Shown here piece by piece: positions 29,613 through 39,990 of a DNA stretch of 64,000 bases. The stretch's first letter is position 1; every line of letters starts with the position of its first letter. The DNA lies in contig CBDBFU010000026.1 of assembly GCA_965205025.1 (NCBI GenBank), positions 64,001 through 128,000 of the forward strand, written 5' to 3'. The position numbers were made by a program, and so were the translations under genes. This stretch comes from Candidatus Poribacteria bacterium (lineage in GTDB: Bacteria; Poribacteria; WGA-4E; WGA-3G). The notes under the pieces were generated by a model. The model was not told where the DNA came from, ran no database searches, and worked only from the letters and a program-made list of their open reading frames with translations.

Positions 29613-32228
29613 TTATTGGGATATATAAGGTGTTAGATCCCAAAGCAGGATAACGCCATCAAAACTTGCACTGGCTAAGAGTTTGTTGTCTGGAGAAAAG
29701 GCGAAATCATCCAATCTATCTGAAGGTCCTAATATGGTGACAAGATGCTTACCACTCGAGACTTCCCATATATCAATAGGATACTCCTTTTGATCCTTGT
29801 GTGATGTTACTATTGCCATGTATTGTCCACACAAAGAATATGCATCTGGACCCTCAAAATGTTCGAATTCTGGTGGCATTGACAACCTCTTTTCAATTTC
29901 ACTCCATGTCGGGTCACACGAACAGGTTATATCCTCACAGTATTCCCGTTTGGCGATATCCCAATATCGCTTTTCTTCTTTTTCCAAATAAGCATGGTAC
30001 CGTCCACACCTGCAAAATCGGACGTCCCTGATTTTCTCACCTTGTAACGGTTTTATCTCTTCACCAAGTTCCATGTCCCACAGTTTGACATTTCTTACCT
30101 CTGATATACTTACGAGTAATTTTCCATCCTTACTAAATTTCAACTCTTCAATAAAATCCCCTTCATCGTCATCATCCTTATCGTCAGATGGCTCAAGAGG
30201 ATGGGTGACTTCATGAAGTTTCTTTCTATTTAGTACATCCCACACTTGTACTGTGCCATCTTCACCGGCATAAGCGAAAAGCGTACCTGTCGGTGTTAAG
30301 GCAGGTCTCGCGCTCCAGTATTCATGACCAGTTCCTTCAAGAAGTGGTATACCATTACCATCAGCTTCCCAGAGGGTAACAGTGTCATTTTTGATACTTG
30401 CGACATGGAATTTACCACTATCGGTTCTATACAGAAACTGATTTTTCCCAGCAGATTCCACTTGAACTGCTGGACGCGAACGTTTACTATCAATATCCCA
30501 TAACACAACACCCTCCTGAAAATATTCAACTGCTAATGTTTTACCATCCTGAGAGAATGCAATCTCCCACGGAAACGAGATAGGTGAGTGTGTAAATTGT
30601 CGTTTGATCGGATTATCAACAGTCCAAACCTTGATAAATTCATGTCGATATTCATAAGCAAGTTGGGAGCCGTTTGAAAACAGAACATTGTTTCCCCAAT
30701 TACCGACAGAGGGAGAATCAATTGTATTTCCCCAGAGTTGATCATTATAAAGTTGCTGATTACTTTCAAGGTCTCGTATAGAGATTGTTGCGGGACCATT
30801 CTCATCATAATTTACAATCGCTGCACGTAGCTTTCCATCAGGTGAATAGGATGGGATAATACTATACACGGGACCATAATCGGTATATTCTCGGACTTGA
30901 TTCCAGGTATTGACATCCCAAACGCACACCTTGCCATCTCTACCACCAGAGACGAGAAACTTTCCACACGGTGAAAAGCAGAGGGTAGTTATCCAACGGG
31001 TATGTGCTGAGAGACATGCAATTAGTTCGCGGCTTTTCATATCCCACACTAATATTGACCCTGCATCATCAGAGTTAGGGGACATACACGTAGACGCAAT
31101 CAGACGAGTATCATGTGAGAAACTAATAGGTTGGTAATGTCCTGCTCTTTCCTCGTCTGCAGTAAATTTCGCAAACGGTTTGCCGGTTTCCGCATGCCAG
31201 ACATCAACAGTAGGGGTGCTATCATAGACAGAAGAATTAACTGCGATATACCTATTGTCAGGGGAAAAGGTCACACATTCATTATAATTCTCAGATTTGA
31301 TTTGTGTCAAACAAGTTCCAGTCTGGATATCCAAAATCTTTAGTAATCGTTCTGAGAAACTGGCAGCTAACCATTTTCCATCTGTAGAAAAGGCAACAGA
31401 TTCTACAACCCCTTGTTCCACTTCCCAGAGTGCGATAGGGGAAAGCTTTTTCAGGTCATATAACCAGAGTCCGATGCAGGTGCCAATAGCAAGATATTGC
31501 CCATCAGGTGAAAATGCCATTTTAGGTTCACTTCCACGTCCTAATCGGACTATCGCGCCTTCGGGGAGTGCCCAAGTTGTTACATCACCTTCAAATGAAC
31601 TTACTGGAACAGGGATTGAGTGTTTTTGGTTTTCCATAAAGTCTTCTCCTTGTCCTTGATCAAGGATATCTTGAAGTATGGGTTCTTCCCGTTTTAAACG
31701 ATTTCGCGCTCGGTTGAGTCGGCTTTTTACCGTGTTTAGAGATATATCTAAATACTTACTTATTGCTTTACAGGACATTTCTCCGAGATAGTGGAGGATC
31801 ATTGTTGTGCGTTCGGTCTCTGGTAACTTTTCCAAAAGATTCTCAACGATTTCACGACGTCGTTCTGCAGATGCTTTTTCACGTTGTTCTGCCAAATAGG
31901 ATGAATAATCGATCTTCTCAATTAAATCTTCACTTACTAATTCCAATGATTGCATCACCAGTTTTTTCTTCCGCAACCATGCAATACAACGTCGTTTAGC
32001 GATGGCATGTAACCATCCAGCGAATAGATTTGGGTCTCTTAAGTTTGATAATTTATTGTACACTTGCAAGAAGGTATCCTGCGTGATTTCTTCAGCAATG
32101 TGGTAATCACCAATTTCCCGCCATACAAGGGCATGAACGCTCTTTTGGTGTTTTTGGACTAAATCACCAAAAGCAGATCCATCACCTGCTAATATCTGTC
32201 GAATCAATTGAATGTCGTCTATTTCCAT
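29613..32228 (-). CDS. ECF sigma factor-WD40 fusion with no TM segment
   Basis: AEEITQDTFLQVY, FAGWLHAIA, ISLNTVKSRLNRAR, then WD40-like repeats. Confidence 0.9.
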   Translation of the reverse strand: MEIDDIQLIRQILAGDGSAFGDLVQKHQKSVHALVWREIGDYHIAEEITQDTFLQVYNKLSNLRDPNLFAGWLHAIAKRRCIAWLRKKKLVMQSLELVSEDLIEKIDYSSYLAEQREKASAERRREIVENLLEKLPETERTTMILHYLGEMSCKAISKYLDISLNTVKSRLNRARNRLKREEPILQDILDQGQGEDFMENQKHSIPVPVSSFEGDVTTWALPEGAIVRLGRGSEPKMAFSPDGQYLAIGTCIGLWLYDLKKLSPIALWEVEQGVVESVAFSTDGKWLAASFSERLLKILDIQTGTCLTQIKSENYNECVTFSPDNRYIAVNSSVYDSTPTVDVWHAETGKPFAKFTADEERAGHYQPISFSHDTRLIASTCMSPNSDDAGSILVWDMKSRELIACLSAHTRWITTLCFSPCGKFLVSGGRDGKVCVWDVNTWNQVREYTDYGPVYSIIPSYSPDGKLRAAIVNYDENGPATISIRDLESNQQLYNDQLWGNTIDSPSVGNWGNNVLFSNGSQLAYEYRHEFIKVWTVDNPIKRQFTHSPISFPWEIAFSQDGKTLAVEYFQEGVVLWDIDSKRSRPAVQVESAGKNQFLYRTDSGKFHVASIKNDTVTLWEADGNGIPLLEGTGHEYWSARPALTPTGTLFAYAGEDGTVQVWDVLNRKKLHEVTHPLEPSDDKDDDDEGDFIEELKFSKDGKLLVSISEVRNVKLWDMELGEEIKPLQGEKIRDVRFCRCGRYHAYLEKEEKRYWDIAKREYCEDITCSCDPTWSEIEKRLSMPPEFEHFEGPDAYSLCGQYMAIVTSHKDQKEYPIDIWEVSSGKHLVTILGPSDRLDDFAFSPDNKLLASASFDGVILLWDLTPYISQ

Positions 32229-32266
32229 TATTCTGCCTCATAAAACATGTGCTTACAATTATTTAA

Positions 32267-32295
32267 TGACGCGGATTTGAGACGGAAAGGTTGCA
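32267..32295 (-). promoter_or_regulatory. Putative ECF sigma promoter
   Basis: TGCAAC-CTTTCCGTCTCAAATC-CGCGTCA (N16). Confidence 0.75.
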
Positions 32296-32407
32296 TGGTT
32301 GTCACAAATTGAAAAACTCAATAAGTTGTAAAACCTATAATTTTGCTTCATTCGCGTTTTTTGCTTCAATTCTATGATCCATTCTTTCCGCCTTTAGGTA
32401 AGTGACA

Positions 32408-35155
32408 TTAGGGATCTATCTCCCAGAGAAGTACAGTACCATCAAGACTACCGCTCCCAAGGGTTTTTCCATCCGCACTAAAAGCAATACTTCTGACCAA
32501 ATCTGTGTGACCTGAAAATGTATTCTTCTGCTCACCAGTGTGTACATCAAAGAAACAGATGTTCTTACTTCTATCTCCACTCGCAAGCGTTTTACCATCT
32601 GGACTGAACGCTAACGCATAACTGTGATGCCAATCCGATCCTGTGAGTGTCATCTTGTTCTCGCCAGTATCAACATCCCAAAAGCGGATGGTCGTGTCGT
32701 CACTGCCACTCGTAAGTGTATTTCCATCTGGACTAAACGCTAAAGAGCTCACCCAATCATTATGTCCTTTAAGCGTCTTGTTTTTGTCAGTGTCAACATC
32801 CCAAAGGCGGATGGTACCTGTGTAACTCGCACTCGCAAGCGTTTTACCATCTGGGCTAAACACTAAACAAGACAAGTGATTTGTATGTCCTTTAAGTGTT
32901 TTCTTGCGTTTGCCTGTATGTACATCCCATAGGGATATAGTCTTCTCGTCGTCAACCATACTCGCAACTGTATTTCCATCTGGACTGAATGCTCTGAGTA
33001 TAGGGTTAAAGGGATCATTCATGTGAAACATTTTCTTGTGTTCGCCGGTGTGTACATTCCATAGGCGAATGCCATCGTCAGTTCCACAAGTAAGGGTTTT
33101 TCCATCAAGACCGAACAGCATACTGTATGCCGTATCCTTAAATCCATTGAGCGTTTTTAGCGTTTTGATATATTGCTCTGTGTCTGCATTCCACAAGCGA
33201 ACAATTCCATCGGTAGTCCCACTTGCAATAATGTTTCCATTCCGGTTAAACGCTACACTCATAACAGATTCCGAATGTCCAGTGAATTTATGTTTTTCGT
33301 TGCCTGTGTCTACATCCCAGAAACGGATAGTGCCATCTCCGCTTCCACTCGCAAGGGTTTTGCCATCAGGGCTGAACACCAAACCTTGAACATACTGCAT
33401 ATTTAGTGCAGACAGTGTTAACCTGTGTTCGCCGGAATTGGCATTCCATAGACAGATAATTTCACCGTCATAAGACGCAGTAGCGAATATTTTTCCATCT
33501 GGACTAAACGCTAAGTGATCAACATGTTTCCCATGTCCAGTGAGTGTCATCTTTAGTTCACCTGTTTCTAAGTCATAAAGGTAGATGGTTTCGTTGGCAC
33601 TGCCAATTGCAACTGTTTCCCCATCAGGACTGAACGCTGCGCCTGTAGTGGAGCAATCGGGATGTATATCAAACGTTTTCTTGTGTTCACCAGTGATTGA
33701 ATCCCACAGACTGATTTTGTTGTCCCAACTCACATTCACAATTGTCCCTCCGTCTGGCGTGAATGATAACATATTGGTATTGGTACGCTCCGGATTGGTC
33801 CGCTCCGAATCTTTCGTGAGTGTATACTTCGCCTCTCCGGTGATTGCATCCCATAATCGGATAGTACCGTCACGACTATCACTTGCAATCATTCTCCCAT
33901 CCGGACTGAATACCAAGTTTGAAATCAAAAATGTATGTCCGGTAAGCGTTTTTCGCGACCCTATACTTCTATCCCACAAGATAATGGTGCCGTAGTCACT
34001 TCCACCACTTGCGAGTATGCGTCCATCCGGACTAAACGCAAGGCAGTTGACTACACTCGTATGCTCTGTGAGCAGACTCACCTCTTGACGCGTTGTTGTG
34101 TCGTATAACCAGATACCAATACCACTCGCCACAGCAAGTATTGCTGCATCTGGAGAATACTGTATCTCATTTATCCTACCCTTACCGATACGCGCTTTAG
34201 CATTTTCAGGTAGGTTCCATTGCATAGTATCTTGTGTTAGGTTGTTTTCCACTGTTTCTGTTCCCTTTGTTAGACCGTTGTTCCTGTTTTTGCTTTGATT
34301 CGCACCACTAACCCGGTTATGCAATTCTGGTTTTGATTTTCGATTTACAACAACAGGCGCGTCAATAATTTCAATAATCGGTTCTGATTGTGCTTCAAGA
34401 CTATAAGACTGTTGAAAGCGCGCAATATATTGATGACTCGCGCCCATCAATAAGAGGACCAAAATAGCAGATGCCCCTAAAGCTGCTAACGGTAGCAACG
34501 GTTTACCTCCTGATGGAGATGTTTGTTTGATTGTGTCAATGCGCCGCATGATGCTTTCGGTTAAATCTGGTCGTAATGGGATACTGCCGAGTGTTTCCCG
34601 AATAATGTGTTCTTCGTTCTGTAAACGTTCTCGTGCACGTCTAAGCCGACTTTTAACTGTGTTTGGAGACACACCCAAAAACTTGCTAATTTCTGCACAG
34701 TTCATTTCTCCGAGATAGTGAAGGACCATTACTGTGCGTTCACTTTCCGGTAGTTTTTCCATGAGTTTTTGCACAATTTTACGTCGGTGTTCAACGGCTG
34801 TGTCTTCGCGCTGTTCACAGACATAATTTGAATAAGCAGCTTTTTCAAGTGTTTCTTCACTGGTCGCTTCAAGGGATTGTGTATATAGTTTCTTTTTACG
34901 AAACCATGCTTTGCAACACCGATCTGCGATTACATATAGCCACCCAGCAAACTGGTTCGGATTTTTCAGCGAGCCAAGTTTTTTGTATACCTGAAGAAAA
35001 GTGTCTTGTGTAATTTCTTCAGCAATGTGAAAATCACCGATTTTCCGCCACACAAGTGCATGAACACTTTTTTGATATTTCTTTACTAACTCGCTGAATG
35101 CAATTTCGTCCCCTGACAATACGCTGTGAATCAGTTCAACGTCGTCTCTTTCCAT
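32408..35155 (-). CDS. ECF sigma factor-TM-WD40 fusion
   Basis: Sigma regions 2 and 4, TM LLPLAALGASAILVLLLMG, WNLPENAKARIGKG cap, WD40 repeats; GGAGG RBS. Confidence 0.92.
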   Translation of the reverse strand: MERDDVELIHSVLSGDEIAFSELVKKYQKSVHALVWRKIGDFHIAEEITQDTFLQVYKKLGSLKNPNQFAGWLYVIADRCCKAWFRKKKLYTQSLEATSEETLEKAAYSNYVCEQREDTAVEHRRKIVQKLMEKLPESERTVMVLHYLGEMNCAEISKFLGVSPNTVKSRLRRARERLQNEEHIIRETLGSIPLRPDLTESIMRRIDTIKQTSPSGGKPLLPLAALGASAILVLLLMGASHQYIARFQQSYSLEAQSEPIIEIIDAPVVVNRKSKPELHNRVSGANQSKNRNNGLTKGTETVENNLTQDTMQWNLPENAKARIGKGRINEIQYSPDAAILAVASGIGIWLYDTTTRQEVSLLTEHTSVVNCLAFSPDGRILASGGSDYGTIILWDRSIGSRKTLTGHTFLISNLVFSPDGRMIASDSRDGTIRLWDAITGEAKYTLTKDSERTNPERTNTNMLSFTPDGGTIVNVSWDNKISLWDSITGEHKKTFDIHPDCSTTGAAFSPDGETVAIGSANETIYLYDLETGELKMTLTGHGKHVDHLAFSPDGKIFATASYDGEIICLWNANSGEHRLTLSALNMQYVQGLVFSPDGKTLASGSGDGTIRFWDVDTGNEKHKFTGHSESVMSVAFNRNGNIIASGTTDGIVRLWNADTEQYIKTLKTLNGFKDTAYSMLFGLDGKTLTCGTDDGIRLWNVHTGEHKKMFHMNDPFNPILRAFSPDGNTVASMVDDEKTISLWDVHTGKRKKTLKGHTNHLSCLVFSPDGKTLASASYTGTIRLWDVDTDKNKTLKGHNDWVSSLAFSPDGNTLTSGSDDTTIRFWDVDTGENKMTLTGSDWHHSYALAFSPDGKTLASGDRSKNICFFDVHTGEQKNTFSGHTDLVRSIAFSADGKTLGSGSLDGTVLLWEIDP

Positions 35156-35192
35156 TTGAGACCTCCAAATTATTTAGGCATACAATTATTGG

Positions 35193-35221
35193 TGACGCGT
35201 TTTTGCGGAAGGTGGGTTGCA
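35193..35221 (-). promoter_or_regulatory. Putative ECF sigma promoter
   Basis: TGCAAC-CCACCTTCCGCAAAAA-CGCGTCA (N16). Confidence 0.75.
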
Positions 35222-35310
35222 AAAATGTCATAATTCAGAACAAAACTGACTTATTATTTCATTTCTAATTAAAAATGTTTCTTTTTTGTAGCACAATTGG
35301 AGATTGTCAG

Positions 35311-38058
35311 CTAAAACCCCACTTCCCACAACACAATCGTCCTATCTATACAGCCAGCAGACAACAGTTTGCCGTTCGGAGAAAAGGCAAGACTCACCAA
35401 CAAATCGCCATGACCACGCAAATCTGCGACCTGTTCACACGTCTCTACATCCCAGACACGGACAGCCAAATTTTCATAACCTTCCTCCCACGACGTCGCA
35501 CCTGCAATGAATCGACTACAAGGAGAGAACACAAGCGGAGTTGTACGCCAGTAATGCGGTTTCGGTTGCGAGATAGAACGCAACGATGTCAGCTTTTCAG
35601 CATCCCAAATGCGGATCTCAGTCCTCAACTCAGCAGCGATGAATTTACCACACGGGGAGTAAACAAGTCCAACAGGATCAATAGAATTGTCTATCTGCAA
35701 CCTATTGATTTCCTGACAAGACTCTAAATCCCACACACGCCGAGACTCATCCCGAGCATAACTTATCAGCCTTTGTCCATCTGGAGAAAACGTTGAAACA
35801 CCACTATCATCAGTATGTCCTTTTAGCACTAACGGATTTTCGGGATCGGCAATATTCCATACATAGATATTCCCCATCTCACACCCAACCGCAATCCGAT
35901 CCCCCATCGGTGAAAATTCGGGACCACAATTCCTATCATAGACTTCATCTGGCAAAGGGATTTTTGTGATAAGTTTATCGTGTGTCCGAACACGCCACGT
36001 TTTATGACGTTCCTCATGATGACAAAGTATAACCCGGATTTCACCTGAAGGCATTACAACAAAACCGCTTACAAAATTATAAAAATAGTGTGTGTTTTTA
36101 TGACGGACCTTATCAATATCAAAGAATTCTAATCCATCAAAAGAAAGTGCTACAAGGTTATGGTCGTCAAGCCAAGCAATCTCAGGTCCAGGATTATAAA
36201 ATCTGGGTTCATGTACCACATCAATCATAGGAACATCAGTTGTTGTATTGTCTTTACCCTTTTTATTGGTACGGCTTTCATCAGCAGGCAACGCAATCAA
36301 TTGGTTTGTGTATGCTTTCGCTATGTCGTAGGCAAACCAATAACCCCCAACACCCGAACAGACCTCAAGTGTTTTTTCGTTTGTCTCAACATTCCACACA
36401 TCCAAAGTATAGTTGGTAAATCCTGGTGCTTCGTCTGTTTTATTGGGGTATTCTATAGCGAATAGTTGTCCGGTGTTTGAATAGAATGGATCCTCCACAT
36501 TGGGAATTAGCTTCTGTACTGTACCTGTAGCGATCTCCCAAACCAGTAAAATTTCGTCAACTGATGCGATGTATTTTCCGCAAGGTGAAAAAGCGATTGA
36601 GTTTATCCAATTACTATGTTCCGTGAAGTAGGTAATTCGTTCACTGGTGGCAATATCCCACACAGCGACATCGCTATAAAGCAGTTCATCATCAATCAAT
36701 GTGCCATCAGTTGTTGCACCCGCGATAAGACGACTGTCCTGTGAAATCTCAAAGGTATTTCCTGCCAACTTTACAACTGGTTTGCCTGTCTCCGGATCCC
36801 AAACATAGATTTGTTCATCTTCGTCATCTGGATTCAAAACTTCATTGTCCTTTGAGTATTTCTTGTGATTCCTAACCAATGAAGCAAGCAACGATCCGTC
36901 TGGTGTAAAAGTAAGTCCCTCAATGTCATTCGTTTTCCACTTGTGTTCTCCACGATCCATCTGAGCAATCTGTTTTCCCGTGTGAATATCCAACACCCTG
37001 ACATGTCCTTCTTGATCAGCAACCGCCACCCATTTCCCATTGGACGAACAAGCAAGACCAGCATACGCATTCTGATCCTTGATTTCAAACACGGTTTCAC
37101 CCGTTTCTACCTCCAAAACCTTGACAGAGGGAGCTACAGTACTTAGGATAACCCACTTGCCATCTGGAGAAAAGTCGATATTAACGGCAAATCTTCCAAT
37201 GTGATCCCATAGAGAGATCGGTTTCATTGTAGCGACATCATACCACCACAGTCCGAATACAGTCGACATTGCAAAATATGACCCATTGGGAGAAAGTTTA
37301 ACACTTTTAGACTCCCCTTTACCGAACCGTGCGAACAACCCTTCAGGTGCTCCCCAACTTTCACCAGTCGGATCATTCGGATTAACATTAAAAATCGCAG
37401 GTATTCTGTTTTTTGACGTTTTACCTGTGTGAGTCTTTGTAGGTGTGTTTTTCGGTTGATCTATTTTTGATGTCATAGGTGCTCCTTTTATGACTTCCGC
37501 ATCAAATTCCTTTTGTAGAAGTGTTCGGATTTCCTTTAATTTGGTCTTAACAGTGCCAATAGGCAAATTACACTCGACAGCAATTTCTTTAATGTGCCAC
37601 GATTCTAAATAGAACAATTCAGCAACTGAACGTACCTTTTGTGGTAGATGATGTACCGCTTCTTTTATATCTGTCATCAACTGTTTTTCTCTATATTGTG
37701 CTGCAGCCTGTTGTTCCATCTGTTCAACAATCACAGAATGTTCATGTGGGATTTCATTTCGAGATTGTCTTGTTAATGTGTAATATCGTTTACATGCGTT
37801 ATGGGCGATACGATGTAGCCATGCCCCGAAACTCTCTATATTTCTAAGATGAACTATATTTTGCCATACAGCGACCCAGATGTCGGTGTGTATCTCTTCT
37901 GCGTCGAGTCTTTGTCTGGAATTGGAACCGACTACACCTTTTATCCGTGGTGTCCACCGTGTAATGAGTTCAGAAAATGCATCCTGATCTCTATTCTGAA
38001 CATGTCGTATCAATTCTTCATCTGTAAGATTACTCATAGCAACAATATTCTTCCGCAT
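35311..38058 (-). CDS. Divergent ECF sigma factor-WD40 fusion with no TM segment
   Basis: DAEEIHTDIW, SFGAWLHRIAHN, LPIGTVKTKL; WD40-like repeats. Confidence 0.88.
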   Translation of the reverse strand: MRKNIVAMSNLTDEELIRHVQNRDQDAFSELITRWTPRIKGVVGSNSRQRLDAEEIHTDIWVAVWQNIVHLRNIESFGAWLHRIAHNACKRYYTLTRQSRNEIPHEHSVIVEQMEQQAAAQYREKQLMTDIKEAVHHLPQKVRSVAELFYLESWHIKEIAVECNLPIGTVKTKLKEIRTLLQKEFDAEVIKGAPMTSKIDQPKNTPTKTHTGKTSKNRIPAIFNVNPNDPTGESWGAPEGLFARFGKGESKSVKLSPNGSYFAMSTVFGLWWYDVATMKPISLWDHIGRFAVNIDFSPDGKWVILSTVAPSVKVLEVETGETVFEIKDQNAYAGLACSSNGKWVAVADQEGHVRVLDIHTGKQIAQMDRGEHKWKTNDIEGLTFTPDGSLLASLVRNHKKYSKDNEVLNPDDEDEQIYVWDPETGKPVVKLAGNTFEISQDSRLIAGATTDGTLIDDELLYSDVAVWDIATSERITYFTEHSNWINSIAFSPCGKYIASVDEILLVWEIATGTVQKLIPNVEDPFYSNTGQLFAIEYPNKTDEAPGFTNYTLDVWNVETNEKTLEVCSGVGGYWFAYDIAKAYTNQLIALPADESRTNKKGKDNTTTDVPMIDVVHEPRFYNPGPEIAWLDDHNLVALSFDGLEFFDIDKVRHKNTHYFYNFVSGFVVMPSGEIRVILCHHEERHKTWRVRTHDKLITKIPLPDEVYDRNCGPEFSPMGDRIAVGCEMGNIYVWNIADPENPLVLKGHTDDSGVSTFSPDGQRLISYARDESRRVWDLESCQEINRLQIDNSIDPVGLVYSPCGKFIAAELRTEIRIWDAEKLTSLRSISQPKPHYWRTTPLVFSPCSRFIAGATSWEEGYENLAVRVWDVETCEQVADLRGHGDLLVSLAFSPNGKLLSAGCIDRTIVLWEVGF

Positions 38059-38241
38059 AACAACAACTATCCTGAATTAGTTTTAATATATAGAGTATGA
38101 TATATGGGAAAAAGGTTTAAAAATCTGTATGGGTAGGAAGGGATTTTGGGTTCTGTGTATTTCTGTCGATGATCTGTTTACCTTCATAGAAATGGTATCA
38201 GAGGAAAACCAAAGATGCATTTCGTTCACAAAGTTAATAAT

Positions 38242-38537
38242 ATATTAACGTATGTGATTCACGGAGAATTGGTATCATTAAAATTATAAACCCCTATAGA
38301 ATAAGGGTTCGTAAAATTGCTCCGTGAAGGTTTCCGTGAAAGTACAATCATCTCAGAACAATAAATATTAACATTTTTTTCATTCACATTATCCATACAT
38401 CTAACATATAGTAAACTTTAGATTTATAGACACTTTACTTATATGAGCGCACTACCGGTCGCGACCAGGAGATCGCTCCTACAGAATATGAACAGTTGTG
38501 AAAGACAACAAAACTCTACCGTAACTAACACAAGTCT
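38242..38537. repeat. Intergenic repeat mosaic: inverted copy of 27261-27427, plus a REP hairpin and family D end matching 11578-11640
   Basis: CGCTCCTACAGAATATGAACAGTTGTGAAA...CGTAACTAACACAAGTC (38475-38537) matches the reverse complement of 11578-11640. Confidence 0.75.
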
Positions 38538-38547
38538 TTATATTATC

Positions 38548-39942
38548 TTAACTGTCACTATCCTTAAAGTCTTGACTCTGAAGTCCATAATTCTGCATCC
38601 GATGCTGGAGTTGACGACGTGAAATACCTAACAATTCTGCAGCCTTGGTCTGTGTGCCGTTCGTTTTTGCTAATGCCGCGCACACATATTCTTTAATAAT
38701 CTCTTCTAACGCAACACCACCTTCAGGTATACCAATTTCAAGCTCAGTTGTTGGTAGTGAAGTATCAATAATCTCAGGTGGAAGTTCATCTAAGTCAATT
38801 GAAGTGTTTTCAGAGAGGACAAAAATCCTGTGTAGGTAGTTTTCTAATTGACGGACATTACCAGGCCAATGAAAACGACATAGAGCAGACATAGCACGTT
38901 GTGTAACCTGTTTTGGTTCAGCATCCACATATTCATCGCTAAATTTCTGAATCAAATAATTTATGAGCAGAGGAATGTCTTCCACTCGTTCACGAAGGGG
39001 AGGAAGATGGAGTGGGATTACATTTAATCTGAAAAAGAGATCAGATCGAAATGTTTCTTCTTTTACTGCTTCCACGAGATTCTTATTCGTTGCAGCAATT
39101 ACACAGACATCCACTTTTATGTTCTGATTACCACCGATCCTACGTATCTCATGTTTTTCCAACACATGTAGAAGTGTACTTTGCATTTGAATTGAGATAT
39201 CACCTATTTCATCAAGAAAGAGTGTACCAGTATCTGCAATTTCAAAAATACCCTTTTTCTGTTGAATTGCGTCAGTAAATGCCCCTTTCTCATGACCAAA
39301 CAGTTCGCTCTCAATTAGCGTGTCAGGAATAGCACCACAATTAATCGAAACAAACGGTTTATCCTTTCTACCACCATGTTCGTGTAGTGCACGTGCCACA
39401 AGACTCTTACCACTCCCAGTTTCACCTGTAATCAGTACTTGTTTTACGCCTCGGTGAATTACACGGGACATATTCTTATAGAGTTGTTGCATTTTTTCAC
39501 ATTCACCAATGATATCCTCAAAATGTACCTCTGCTGAAACATCATCTGAATCCAATTCTCCTTCGGTTAATATACCACGGGTTTCTAATGCTCTATTTAC
39601 TTCGCGTTTTAACACATCAATTTCAATTGGTTTTTCAAGGTAATAGAATGCACCTTCATTAGCAACAAGATCAACAGCATCATTCAGTTCAGCGAATGCT
39701 GTGATGATTAATACAGGTAATGCAGGATCAACCTTCTTGATTTCTCGCAGTAAGTCACGTCCCTCAAAACGTGATGACATCCACATATCACTGATGACAA
39801 TGTCAAACATCTGTTCTTTTATCTTTTCAAGGGCAGTTTTACTCTCTTCAACTGTCTCGACATTATGCTCTTCACGTTGTAAGATACGCTGTAATATCCT
39901 AAGTTGATCTTGATCGTCGTCTACAATCAATATTGATGCCAT
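38548..39942 (-). CDS. Sigma54-dependent response regulator (NtrC/AtoC family)
   Basis: Receiver (ILIVDDD, VISD, KP), Walker A GETGSGKS, ESELFGHEKGAFTDA, LFLDEI, WPGNVRQL, C-terminal HTH. Confidence 0.95.
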   Translation of the reverse strand: MASILIVDDDQDQLRILQRILQREEHNVETVEESKTALEKIKEQMFDIVISDMWMSSRFEGRDLLREIKKVDPALPVLIITAFAELNDAVDLVANEGAFYYLEKPIEIDVLKREVNRALETRGILTEGELDSDDVSAEVHFEDIIGECEKMQQLYKNMSRVIHRGVKQVLITGETGSGKSLVARALHEHGGRKDKPFVSINCGAIPDTLIESELFGHEKGAFTDAIQQKKGIFEIADTGTLFLDEIGDISIQMQSTLLHVLEKHEIRRIGGNQNIKVDVCVIAATNKNLVEAVKEETFRSDLFFRLNVIPLHLPPLRERVEDIPLLINYLIQKFSDEYVDAEPKQVTQRAMSALCRFHWPGNVRQLENYLHRIFVLSENTSIDLDELPPEIIDTSLPTTELEIGIPEGGVALEEIIKEYVCAALAKTNGTQTKAAELLGISRRQLQHRMQNYGLQSQDFKDSDS

Positions 39943-39990
39943 GGTATTATCTCCACTTATATATAATGAATGCCTTTATGCTTAATGTTT

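Noticed and set aside
13891-37146. Many 60-150 aa ORFs antisense or out of frame within the WD40 genes
   Set aside because: Shadow ORFs produced by repetitive WD40 codon patterns (e.g. PSGE from SPDG).
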